DNA of 53,769 nt from an uncultured bacterium (GTDB lineage Bacteria; Poribacteria; WGA-4E; GCA-2687025). Below the pieces are notes generated by a model. That model saw nothing but the letters and a program-made list of their open reading frames with translations. It did not search any database and was not told the origin of the DNA. Shown here piece by piece: positions 29,605 to 38,619 of this stretch. The DNA lies in assembly GCA_964473525.1 (NCBI GenBank), contig CAYYPK010000033.1:1-53769 (forward strand), given 5' to 3'. The position numbers and the translations under genes were made by a program. Positions within the stretch are counted from its first letter, which is position 1. Each line of letters opens with the position of its first letter.

Positions 29605-30789
29605 TCAGTCGCGCCAGTGTGACGAGCCCTCGGGAGCCGCGTAGGCGATGGCCAACTCCGGCGTTTCGAGCCGCGCGCCGCCCTCGTGCAGGCTGTCCAC
29701 CGCGAACGCCGTCTGACCCGTCGTCAGCAGCGTGCGCTCAACGGGGTACGTGGCGACACCCGTGTGGAACATCTGCTCGATGTTGTACACGAGTGGGCTG
29801 AAGAAGCTCGCCAGACTCGCGCGCCGCGGGGGCATGGGCAGGTACATCTGCGTCGACGTCACGGCCCCGTCGCCCAGCCGCGCGGAGAAGTTGAAGTCCT
29901 CGAGGAAGCCACTCAGCAGGAACATGCTCGCTTTGAGACCGTCGCCGTATTCCATCAAGTACACGACCGGGTCGCTGACATGCGCGCGCGCGGTGTCCAG
30001 GTCCACGCGGAAGTCGCCGTCGTCCTCGGACTTCGGCTTGCGCGTGTGGCTGCGCGACACGGCTGCCCAGAACAACTCGGGGTCTACGCGCCCGTCGGAG
30101 AGCGTGTCCCACGCCGCATCCCCGCGTAGCGCCTGGATGCTCGATACGCCGACTTCGCCGTCGCCGCGCCGCTCCACCATGCACTGGATCGTCTCCAGTC
30201 CGTGGAAGTCGTAGCTGTCCACACCTCCGTAGCACGCGCAGACCGCCTCGCGGACGTCGGCTCCTAGCGGCAACTCGAGGTCGGGGACGCGCCATGTCAC
30301 GGGCAGAGACGAGCCAGCCATGAACGCGAAGCCGAGCTCGCGAGACACGTCGTACATCTCGACCGCCTGCCCCCAGTCGTACGAGAGGTGCTTGTCGTTG
30401 AAGACTGGGGCGGAACGCCCGCTGTCCCGGAACACGTCGGCGATCTGCGTGAAGAACTCGTACCGCGGGTACTTCCGCTGTCCCTTTTCGGTGCTTGGGT
30501 ATAAGCCGTGCTCGCCGACGAGCAGGACGCCGTCCACGGCCAGCTTCTCGCCACCCAGCGTTAGCGCTTCGGCGATGGTTGGGTAAAGTGGGACGCCGAA
30601 CCGTTCGCACCGCTCCTCGCCGAAGTCGTTCTCGCCGATCTGGTCAATGAACATCGACGCCAGCTCGAACGGTGGCATGTGGTGCCGGCCCTGCCAGCCG
30701 TAGCCCTCGAGGAATCGGTCCACGATGTGTTGGGCGTGCGAGTACTTGTGGTAGATCGTGTTGATCGCGGCGATCTTCTTGCGACCCAT
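29605..30789 (-). CDS. Conserved hypothetical protein (394 aa), first gene of the glycan-enzyme operon
   Basis: Codon usage is coherent and the gene is tightly spaced (19 nt) to the creatininase gene. No motif I can name. Confidence 0.5.
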   Translation of the reverse strand: MGRKKIAAINTIYHKYSHAQHIVDRFLEGYGWQGRHHMPPFELASMFIDQIGENDFGEERCERFGVPLYPTIAEALTLGGEKLAVDGVLLVGEHGLYPSTEKGQRKYPRYEFFTQIADVFRDSGRSAPVFNDKHLSYDWGQAVEMYDVSRELGFAFMAGSSLPVTWRVPDLELPLGADVREAVCACYGGVDSYDFHGLETIQCMVERRGDGEVGVSSIQALRGDAAWDTLSDGRVDPELFWAAVSRSHTRKPKSEDDGDFRVDLDTARAHVSDPVVYLMEYGDGLKASMFLLSGFLEDFNFSARLGDGAVTSTQMYLPMPPRRASLASFFSPLVYNIEQMFHTGVATYPVERTLLTTGQTAFAVDSLHEGGARLETPELAIAYAAPEGSSHWRD

Positions 30790-30887
30790 GGCACTCCTAA
30801 CGGGCGGCGGGACGCGAACCCCTCGGCGAGGACAGCGCCGCGATTATCCCACACGGAATGGCGCCTGTCGACCAGGCTGGGTGGGCA

Positions 30888-31784
30888 TCAGGCGCGACGA
30901 GCGGTGAACGTCGCCTCGGCGAGGGTATCGAATTGTGACCGGATGGTCTTGAGCCTCGCGCGCGCCGCGTCGATCTTGGACGCGAGGTCGGCGCGCAGGC
31001 CGCCGACCAGGTCGTCGCCTCTCGCCTGCGCTTCCTCCGCCTGCCGCATGAGCGCGTAGGTGTCCTTGCGCTTGATGCGTTCGACGTCGCTCTCGATGTC
31101 GCGCGCCGCGCGATCCACATCGAGCGCTTCGCGGAACAGCCGACGTTCGCAAGCGTCGGCGCCCTCGTCCGTCAGGTCGTCGCCGTCGTCCAACGTGGCC
31201 GCGATCTGACGCAGACGCCGCACATCCTCCGCCTCGTAGGCGTCGTTGATGAGCGCCATCAGTCGTTCGGCATCGCCCGGATCGACTACACCGTCGGTCT
31301 TGTCCGGGTGGTACCGCTTCGCCAGGCGAAGGTAGAGCGTGCGCAGCTCGGCGGGGTCGTCGCTCTGCCTCGCGGGCGCCGCCGCCCGGCGGGTAGACGT
31401 CGTCCGCGACTCCGAGCCCGGCTTGCCGGTCGTGGGTTCGCCCGCCACGCGTTCCCGCTCCCGCTTGAAGGCGTTGTCCACGCGCCGCTGTAGATGCTCC
31501 GCGTTGCGCGTGAAGCCCTTCTCGACCAGGCGCGCGCGGTATAGCAGCTCCTTGATGTCCAACTGCACACGGTCCAGGTCGCCGTATAGAGAAGCCACGC
31601 GGGCGGCGTATTCGTGCTCGAACGTCGCCAACGCTGCCTCGATGGCCGCGCGCTCGAGGGTGAGAGTGATGATCTTCGCGCGCGCCGCGGCGATCCGCGT
31701 TCGCTGTGTCTCGATGCGCGCTTGCTGCCCGGACTGCTTGCGTGGCGCGACCGCAGCTTCGGCTGTCGGCGCCGCGTCCATCAC
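30888..31784 (-). CDS. J-domain (DnaJ-like) coiled-coil protein
   Basis: Central J-domain LYLRLAKRYHPDKTDG (HPD motif) flanked by coiled-coil, Ala/Arg/Glu-rich regions. Start overlaps the band-7 gene stop by 4 nt. Confidence 0.7.
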   Translation of the reverse strand: MMDAAPTAEAAVAPRKQSGQQARIETQRTRIAAARAKIITLTLERAAIEAALATFEHEYAARVASLYGDLDRVQLDIKELLYRARLVEKGFTRNAEHLQRRVDNAFKRERERVAGEPTTGKPGSESRTTSTRRAAAPARQSDDPAELRTLYLRLAKRYHPDKTDGVVDPGDAERLMALINDAYEAEDVRRLRQIAATLDDGDDLTDEGADACERRLFREALDVDRAARDIESDVERIKRKDTYALMRQAEEAQARGDDLVGGLRADLASKIDAARARLKTIRSQFDTLAEATFTARRA

Positions 31785-32545
31785 GCCGGACCCGCAGGTG
31801 TCGTCAACTTGCCCATGAGCGATCGGACGATCTGCAACGGCAGCGGGAGGATCGTCGTCGAGTTATTCTCGGACGCCACCTCCGTGATGCTCTGGAGGAA
31901 GCGCAGGTGCATCGCCGTGGGGTGTGTCCCGAGTATCTCGGCGGAGCTCGACAGTTGCTCGGCTGCGGACAGTTCGCCGTCGGCGTGTATGACCTTGGCG
32001 CGTCGCTCGCGTTCCGCCTCGGCGCGCTTCGCCAGCGCACGCTTCATCGTCTCCGGCAACTGCACGTCCTTCATGTCTACTGACAGGATCTCGACGCCCC
32101 ACTCCGCCACCTGTTGCGCGATGATTCCTTGTAGGTCGGCGCCGAGGCTCTCCTGCTTCGTGAGCAGCGTGTCGAGGTCGGCTCGCCCGAGCACGCTGCG
32201 GAGGGTCGTCTGAGCCACCTGCGCGGTCGCGAAGGCGACGTCCTCGACGCCCAATATCGCACGGCTCGGGTCCACGATGCGGCGGTACACGACCGCGTTG
32301 ACCGTCACGGAGACGTTGTCGCGCGTGATGACGTCCTGCGGCGGGATATCGTCGGTGTAGATGCGCAGATCGACCTTGACGACGCGATCCACGAACGGGA
32401 GCAGCACGATGAGGCCCGGCCCGCGCACGCCCCGGAACCGGCCGAGTCGGAACACGACGGCGCGCTCGTATTCGCGCAGCACGCGGAACGTGTTGACGAG
32501 GACCAGAATCGCGACGGCCGCGCCTACGGCCCACTGAAAGAACAT
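31781..32545 (-). CDS. SPFH/band-7 (stomatin-like) membrane protein
   Basis: Start MFFQWAVGAAVAILVLV (TM) followed by an SPFH core (VVFRLGRF...RIYTDDIPPQDVITRDNVSVTVNAVVYRR...) and a C-terminal coiled coil. Confidence 0.8.
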   Translation of the reverse strand: MFFQWAVGAAVAILVLVNTFRVLREYERAVVFRLGRFRGVRGPGLIVLLPFVDRVVKVDLRIYTDDIPPQDVITRDNVSVTVNAVVYRRIVDPSRAILGVEDVAFATAQVAQTTLRSVLGRADLDTLLTKQESLGADLQGIIAQQVAEWGVEILSVDMKDVQLPETMKRALAKRAEAERERRAKVIHADGELSAAEQLSSSAEILGTHPTAMHLRFLQSITEVASENNSTTILPLPLQIVRSLMGKLTTPAGPA

Positions 32546-32596
32546 GCGATGTCCACGGGAGAAGTGACTGCGGATGAGCGCGCGGGACGCCACCCG

Positions 32597-32625
32597 ATTA
32601 TGCCACCGGTCGGCCGGCCAGGGAA
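32597..32625 (-). promoter_or_regulatory. Candidate promoter for the band-7/J-domain unit
   Basis: Minus strand reads TTCCCT-N17-CATAAT about 50 nt upstream of the band-7 start. Confidence 0.3.
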
Positions 32626-32710
32626 GGCGCGTAGACAGCTAGGCGAGGGCGGGAGAGTTGGGGCGCCGCCGGCCGTTGGTTGACGCGGCAGCGCCGAGAG
32701 GACGGTCTCG

Positions 32711-33229
32711 CTACGTCAGCTCGGATATCGCGGAGATCGCCGCGCCATAGTCCGGCTGATCGGTGAACTCGGGGACGATCTGCTTGTATCGCACCACGCC
32801 GGACCCGTCGATAACCCACACGCTGCGGGCGAGCAAGCCGAACTCCTTTATGCGAATGCCGAACGCCAGCCCGAACGAATGGTCGCGGTAGTCCGACAGC
32901 AGCGTCACGTTGTCGACATCGGCCGCGCCGCACCACCGCTCCTGCGCGGGCGGGAGGTCCATGCTGACGACCACTACGGCGACATCGTCGCCCAAGCCGG
33001 CGGCAATCTCACTGAAGCGTCTGCCCATCGCGTCGCACACGCCCGTGTCGAGACACGGGACGACGCTCAGCACGAGTGTCTTGCCCGCGTAGTCGGCGAG
33101 CGAAGCCATGTCACCTAGTCCGTTAGCGATGCTGAAGGCCGGCGCGTTGTCGCCGACCTCCACGGCTTCTCCGAGGAGGGTGACGGGGTCGCCTTGGAAG
33201 ACCTGGATTCCAGTGTGTTCTGTAGCCAT
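32711..33229 (-). CDS. tpx: Thiol peroxidase (atypical 2-Cys peroxiredoxin)
   Basis: MATEHTGIQVFQGDPVTLLG... with peroxidatic Cys in VVPCLDTGVCD and a resolving Cys downstream. Typical Tpx length from the internal start. Confidence 0.85.
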   Translation of the reverse strand: MATEHTGIQVFQGDPVTLLGEAVEVGDNAPAFSIANGLGDMASLADYAGKTLVLSVVPCLDTGVCDAMGRRFSEIAAGLGDDVAVVVVSMDLPPAQERWCGAADVDNVTLLSDYRDHSFGLAFGIRIKEFGLLARSVWVIDGSGVVRYKQIVPEFTDQPDYGAAISAISELT

Positions 33230-33330
33230 GTGGCTGCGTGCCTTTCTTCTGTGTGGCAATGGGTCGCGTCGCGCGACCATCGGTGAGTGTAGGCCGCGCG
33301 AGCGCGAATAACCAAATCGTGGGAGACGCC

Positions 33331-34326
33331 TCAGAGGCTCTTGAGGAACTCGCCGATCTCCGCGTCGGTGCGCTGGCTGGTGGAGCAGAACACCCCGTAC
33401 ACGAGCGGGAGCCGTGCGGCAAGGGCGTCCCAGGCGGGATGCGGTCGCACGCAGATCCAGTTATCGGGCCAGGCGTCCGGTGTCTGGATGCTGGGATCGT
33501 CCGGGTCGAACAGCTCCGTATCGGCGACCTGGATGCGTCGGTCGGTCGGCGACCGGTGGCCCAGACACCTGAACCCATGGCTCCGCATGAGAGCCAGCGT
33601 GTCGCTCGCGGTGCGGTTGTGCCCGCCCGGGTGCATGCCGTGGTTCAGCTCCAGCAGCACGCACTGCACGGAGGGAGACGCGAGCAGCTCGGGGGCGCCG
33701 TTCAGCGCCTGCCACTCGTACCCCTCCACGTCGATCTTGATGGTCACCGGGCCGGGCAGACTGGCCGCCTGGAACAGGTTGTCCAGGCGCCGCACCGGCA
33801 CGGGCACGGCCTCCTGCTCGTCGCCCCTGCCCTCGTCCCATCCGGCGACGAACGACGCGCCGGTGCCGTAGTCGGACATCGGCAGCTCGCCCTCCTCGTC
33901 GCCCGCAGCGACTGCGTACGCGGCGACCGTGCTGGAGAGGCCGTTGGCGTCGATGTTCTCGCGGACCCAGCGGAAGTTGCGGGGCAGCGGCTCCAGCGCG
34001 TGGACCTGCAACGGCGCCGCTGTGCCCCGGGCCGCGAGGAGGCTGAAATACCCAAGGTTCGCCCCAACATCGATGAACGTGCCCCCGTTCCGGGTCATGA
34101 ACAGGGCAAGCATGGAGATGAGGGGCTCGTACGGGCACGTGCCGCCCAGCTTCATCATAGACATCATGACGGCGTTGTGTGGCGGGCCGCAGAGGTGGAA
34201 CCCGAACGGCGTAGGGATGCGAGTAGGAACGTCGTCCACGCCCATGAGAGGATGCAGGACGGTGGCGTTGTCAGGGCGGTTCTCGATACGCCCCGCCAGT
34301 TCGTACACCAGCGACATTCGGCTCAA
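33331..34326 (-). CDS. FkbM-family SAM-dependent methyltransferase
   Basis: FIDVGANLGYFSL and IKIDVEGYE are signatures of the FkbM methyltransferase domain. Confidence 0.75.
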   Translation of the reverse strand: MSRMSLVYELAGRIENRPDNATVLHPLMGVDDVPTRIPTPFGFHLCGPPHNAVMMSMMKLGGTCPYEPLISMLALFMTRNGGTFIDVGANLGYFSLLAARGTAAPLQVHALEPLPRNFRWVRENIDANGLSSTVAAYAVAAGDEEGELPMSDYGTGASFVAGWDEGRGDEQEAVPVPVRRLDNLFQAASLPGPVTIKIDVEGYEWQALNGAPELLASPSVQCVLLELNHGMHPGGHNRTASDTLALMRSHGFRCLGHRSPTDRRIQVADTELFDPDDPSIQTPDAWPDNWICVRPHPAWDALAARLPLVYGVFCSTSQRTDAEIGEFLKSL

Positions 34327-34357
34327 AGGTCGTGCTCCGTGTGTAATGACGCGTCGA

Positions 34358-36158
34358 CTATCGCACCTCGACGATCGCTTCGCGGATGGGGCCTAGCGGG
34401 CGCCCGTGGTACGTGATGTCCGCAGTAACGACATGGCGCCGAGGGGCAGCGTCGGCTGGCGCGGTGACCCGAAACGGCACGGCTCCTTCGGACTTCGCCG
34501 GGATCGTCGCGCGCGCCGCGCTGGGAGCGCCCCACCCGTCGGGCGTGCGCAGCTGGACACGGACGTCGCGCGCTTCGGCCGAGTGGTTCGTCACGCGCGC
34601 CTGCACCGTGATGACATCCCCGGGCCGGGCGCTCTGCTCGTACGGGTCACACCGGATCCAGTGCGCATCGAGGGCGTAGTTCGGATGCTCCCACGCCGAC
34701 AGCTCGCCGAAGGTACGCTCCCGCTCCGCCAGGTTGGCGCGCATCTGGGCCAGTTGGGCGTCCGTGAAGGTGAACGCGCGGTCGACGTGGCAGTTGAAGA
34801 TGTGCGTGGGCGCCAACTCCTGCAACAGGGCGACACACCGGTCGTACCCGACGCCGCTTCCCAGCAGGTTGCGGTTGTTGGCGCAGTAGTCGTCCATCCC
34901 TCCGGGCGTGAAGGAGTCACCCGAGAAGAACAGGCGCGTTCCGTGACCCTCCACGAGCAGCCCACCGTGGTAGTACGTCTGCCCGGGGAAGTGGTACGCG
35001 GTCATGCGGAATTCGTTCCAGATCCACGACTCGCCATCGCCCGTGATGCGGTCGACGCGCGGCCGCCGGTGAGATGCACGGGATGCGGTGCGCCTCCGGG
35101 CGAGTGACGACGTCGGCTACGACGCCGTCCGCGCGCGTGACGCAGTCGTACGTCGCCTGGAACGCGGGAATCTCGTCGACGTGGTCGTCGTGGTAGTGCG
35201 TGATCCAGAAGCCCGTGACGTCGACGATCTCGCTCGCCTCCCGCATCTCGGCCAACGCCTCCAGGACGCGCGGGGCGCCGCAGTCCATGACGTACGCCTC
35301 GCCCGAGTCAGAGACGACAATCCAACTCGTCCCAACGTGACGCAGGAAGGTCGGCGGATCAATGCCCTCGCGTATCGGCATGTGGTCCTCGCGGCCCTCG
35401 AACTGCGTGAACAGGCGCGGGAAGTAGAAGCGCAACGCCGCGACGGCGGCGTACTGGTCGTAGCAGGCGTCCAGGCGTTCGAGCAGCCTGGAAATGGCGT
35501 CGGCCGGGTCGCGGATGATGTCCCCGTGAGACGGCACGATGATGTCTGGCTGGGCGTCACGCAGGCGGTTGAGACTGGCGGCCAACTCGTGTCGGGCTCC
35601 GAGGAAGCCGTGGTAGTCCGTGAGCCCGTCCTCGCCCTTCTGAAGGCTGTAGATGTCCCACAGGCGACCACCGTCGTACATCACGTCGCCCACGAAGGCC
35701 ACCCGCGTGTCGCCGTCCTGGACGAGGTACGACATGCTGCCGTTCGTGTGACCCGGCGTGTGGAGCGCGGTGACAGCCATGCCGCACCAGTCGAACGTGT
35801 CGCCGTCCTGGATACCGGCGCCGACGGTGACGCTTTCCGCCATGACGGGTGGGAACGGGTGGTCGTCGTACAGATGCCACCGCCGCTTTTCGTCGGCCCA
35901 ATGCGCCTCGACGCCGTCGAAGAGGCCGCGCTCAGTAGCGGGAACGTGGAGCTCGGCTCCGCTGGCGACGGCGTCCGCGAGACCGACCGCCTGATCGCGG
36001 TGGTAGTGCGTCATGGCCACGCGCGCGATGCCCGCCGCTCCCACGGCGGCCGGAACGTCGGCGCAGCAGTCCACCAGCGTGGCGCCTTGATCTGACTGGA
36101 GAACGCCCACGTTGATGTGCGCTACGTGGACGGCAATGCGTGGCGTGAGTTGTTCCAT
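34358..36158 (-). pseudogene. Tandem metallo-beta-lactamase-fold hydrolase with a beta-sandwich tail, interrupted by a frameshift (ORFs 34917..36158 and 34358..35005)
   Basis: The first MBL domain is complete (HYHRDQ, HTPGHT, GDVMYDGG, SHGD). The second begins with ITHYHDDHVDEIP in ORF 34917..36158. Its later motifs (H in AYHFPGQT, D in FFSGDSF, H in NCHVD) continue in a different frame in ORF 34358..35005, so a frame change must lie near 35000-35080. Confidence 0.5.
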
Positions 36159-36247
36159 GTCGGCTTTCGTCGCCGAAGGCCTGCGGGTCAGGAAAGGCGA
36201 CCGAGGCCCCGGCTATCCCTTGCTGCGGCGTCGGGCCCGCGACGCGG

Positions 36248-37354
36248 CTAAATGAACTCGCTACGCGTGTCGAAGAGCGTCTGGTCGAGGTCGTGCCACG
36301 GCTCGTAGTCCGTGTAGAGCGTCACGGTTTGCCCGGTCTCGGCGGATTCGTAGCCGCCGAACATGATCTCGTGCACGTGCAGCGTGCGCGCGCCCGAGCA
36401 GGTCGGCTCCGCGTCGTCCAGGATGCACTGCACGAAGTGCTCGGTCATATTCTCGGTTCCCGACACCGTTGGGATTGAGAAGCAGCCGTTCCAGCCCCGC
36501 CACGCGGTCGGTTCGCCTCCGTCAATCGGGCACTCGCCGTCGCGCCGCTGGAGAATGGCGCGACCGTCGCCGGGAATGATGACCGTGCCCTCGCGGCCGT
36601 ATACCGTCGTCGAGTTCTCCGCGTAAGCGGCGCCCCACAGGGAACGGATTACCACCTGCTGCCCGCCGAGGTACTCGACGACGAGAGTGACGTTGTCGTC
36701 GACGTCCGAGTCAACGCGCTTCCCGTCGCCCACGATGCGCTGAGGGATGAGCGTGTTGACCATGCCAGTCACGCGCGCGGCCCCTCCAAGGAGTGCCGTG
36801 ACACGACCGGCGGGGTACACGAAGCAGTCGAGCATGGCGCCGCCGTGGGCGACCGAGTGGTCGTAGTACCAGTTGTCCCGAGGAGGGCCGGGAATGTTGA
36901 GGCACGCCTCTCCGCCCGTGATCTTGCCGATGTACTTCTGGCGGAGCAGCGACTGCGCGGTGACGATCGCGCCGTTCTTGTCGTACGGCAGCGCCATGAA
37001 GGTGACGTCCGCTTCGTCGGCGGCGTCCGCCATCACGCGGCAATCCTCCAGCGACGTGGCCATCGGCTTCTCGTTGAGGACGTGCAGCCCGCGTTCGAAT
37101 GCCGCCAGGCACACCTCGGCGTGCACCGAGTGGGGCGTGGTGACGAATACGGCGTCGAGGCCCTCCGCGTCCATCATGGCCTCGTAGCTGTCGTAATGCG
37201 CGCCGACGCCGTACTCCTCGCCCTTGCGCTTGGCGTTCGCCAGGCGTCGAGCGCACGTCGCCACGAATTCAGCATCTTCGATGTTCTGGGCCATGCGGAA
37301 GAATCGATCGCTGATGTCACCGCAGCCGACCATTCCCATGCGCAACTTCGCCAT
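36248..37354 (-). CDS. Gfo/Idh/MocA-family NAD(P)-dependent oxidoreductase
   Basis: Internal start MAKLRMGMVGCGDISDRFF (Rossmann GxGxxG) and an EKP motif (VLNEKPMA). The upstream 104 codons of the supplied ORF are discounted. Confidence 0.8.
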   Translation of the reverse strand: MAKLRMGMVGCGDISDRFFRMAQNIEDAEFVATCARRLANAKRKGEEYGVGAHYDSYEAMMDAEGLDAVFVTTPHSVHAEVCLAAFERGLHVLNEKPMATSLEDCRVMADAADEADVTFMALPYDKNGAIVTAQSLLRQKYIGKITGGEACLNIPGPPRDNWYYDHSVAHGGAMLDCFVYPAGRVTALLGGAARVTGMVNTLIPQRIVGDGKRVDSDVDDNVTLVVEYLGGQQVVIRSLWGAAYAENSTTVYGREGTVIIPGDGRAILQRRDGECPIDGGEPTAWRGWNGCFSIPTVSGTENMTEHFVQCILDDAEPTCSGARTLHVHEIMFGGYESAETGQTVTLYTDYEPWHDLDQTLFDTRSEFI

Positions 37355-37558
37355 GCATCGTCCTTTCGCGTGTGAGGGGGCATTGTCGCATGGTCGGGCG
37401 TTCTGGCATAGGGCGCCCGCTGGCGCGGTCTGACGGGGCCATGCGACGCGGCGCCGTGGCACGCAGCTTGCGATGTGAAGGGCAGCGCCGTTGCCGCTGT
37501 CCCAATCGGGTGATAGGGTACGGCGAGGCCCGGAACTGCCAGCGTTGGACAATGCCGC

Positions 37559-38491
37559 ATGCGCAGCGTCGCCCGGACATTCCACGCGTATCTCGAACTG
37601 GTGCGCTACCCGCTGTTCGCGATTCCGATCGTCGCGACGCTGCCCGGTATCGTGCTCGCGGCGCACGAATTCGGGTGGGACTGGCGCGCGCCGTGCGCGC
37701 TCCTAACCGCGCTGCTCGGCTACTTCGCCGGGATGATCAAGAACGACTACTTCCATCGCGTCGAGGACGACGTCGCCAACCCCGGCAGGCCCATACCTTC
37801 CGGGCGGGTGCGGCCGACGGACGCCATGCGACTCGCAAGCGGCCTGTACTTGACCTGCGTCGGGTTGGGGTTCGCCATGCACTGGAAGGCGGGCCTGCTC
37901 GTCTTCGCGCTGATCGCGCTATCACACTCGTACAACGCCTACCTGAAAATGCGCGGCGTCTGGGGCAGCCTTGCGCTCCCCTTGGGCATTGGTCTCCTCA
38001 GCGTCTTCGGCGCCGTATGCGTGTCCGGCCATGTTCCGACGCTCGTATGGTTCGCCTTCGGCGCGACGTTCCTATACGACTTTGGAACGCACGTCGCCAG
38101 CACATTCAAGGACATCGACCGTGACGCCGCCCTGGGTGTCAAGACCACGCCTCTCCAGCTCGGCCGTGGGGTCGCGCTGACGGCCTCGACCGTGGCGTCC
38201 CTGGGAGCGTTCGTGGTGGCCGCCATTCCACTCCTACTAGGGCACAGTCCCTACTACGCCGTGTGGATCGCTGTGGCGTTCGCGGCCACCGTGGTCACAC
38301 GCGTGCCGCTGTTGAGGGAGCAGACGGAGCGCAACGGGTACTTCGCGCTCGAAGGTTCCATGGTCGCGGCGATTCTGCTGTTCCCCGCGCTCATGGGCGC
38401 GGTGCTACCGTTCGCCACCTCGGCCGCGGTGATCTTGTCGCTTCTGGCGACGACGCTGTACCTCCTCCGCACTAGCAAGCAAGAAGTCTAG
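37559..38491 (+). CDS. UbiA-family membrane prenyltransferase
   Basis: NDYFHRVEDDVANPGRPIPSGRV (first Asp-rich motif) and a second motif DFGTHVASTFKDIDRD. About 8 TM helices. Confidence 0.85.
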   Translation: MRSVARTFHAYLELVRYPLFAIPIVATLPGIVLAAHEFGWDWRAPCALLTALLGYFAGMIKNDYFHRVEDDVANPGRPIPSGRVRPTDAMRLASGLYLTCVGLGFAMHWKAGLLVFALIALSHSYNAYLKMRGVWGSLALPLGIGLLSVFGAVCVSGHVPTLVWFAFGATFLYDFGTHVASTFKDIDRDAALGVKTTPLQLGRGVALTASTVASLGAFVVAAIPLLLGHSPYYAVWIAVAFAATVVTRVPLLREQTERNGYFALEGSMVAAILLFPALMGAVLPFATSAAVILSLLATTLYLLRTSKQEV

Positions 38492-38619
38492 CCGGCCGCG
38501 CCGTGGTGACCGCAGCGGCGCTCTGCGCCTCCGGCGTGTGGCCTGTGTTACACTGCTGCCGCCGCGCGGCCGGTGGTAATCGCCCAGCTAGGACTTGGAC
38601 GACGGGCCTGACATTGCAC

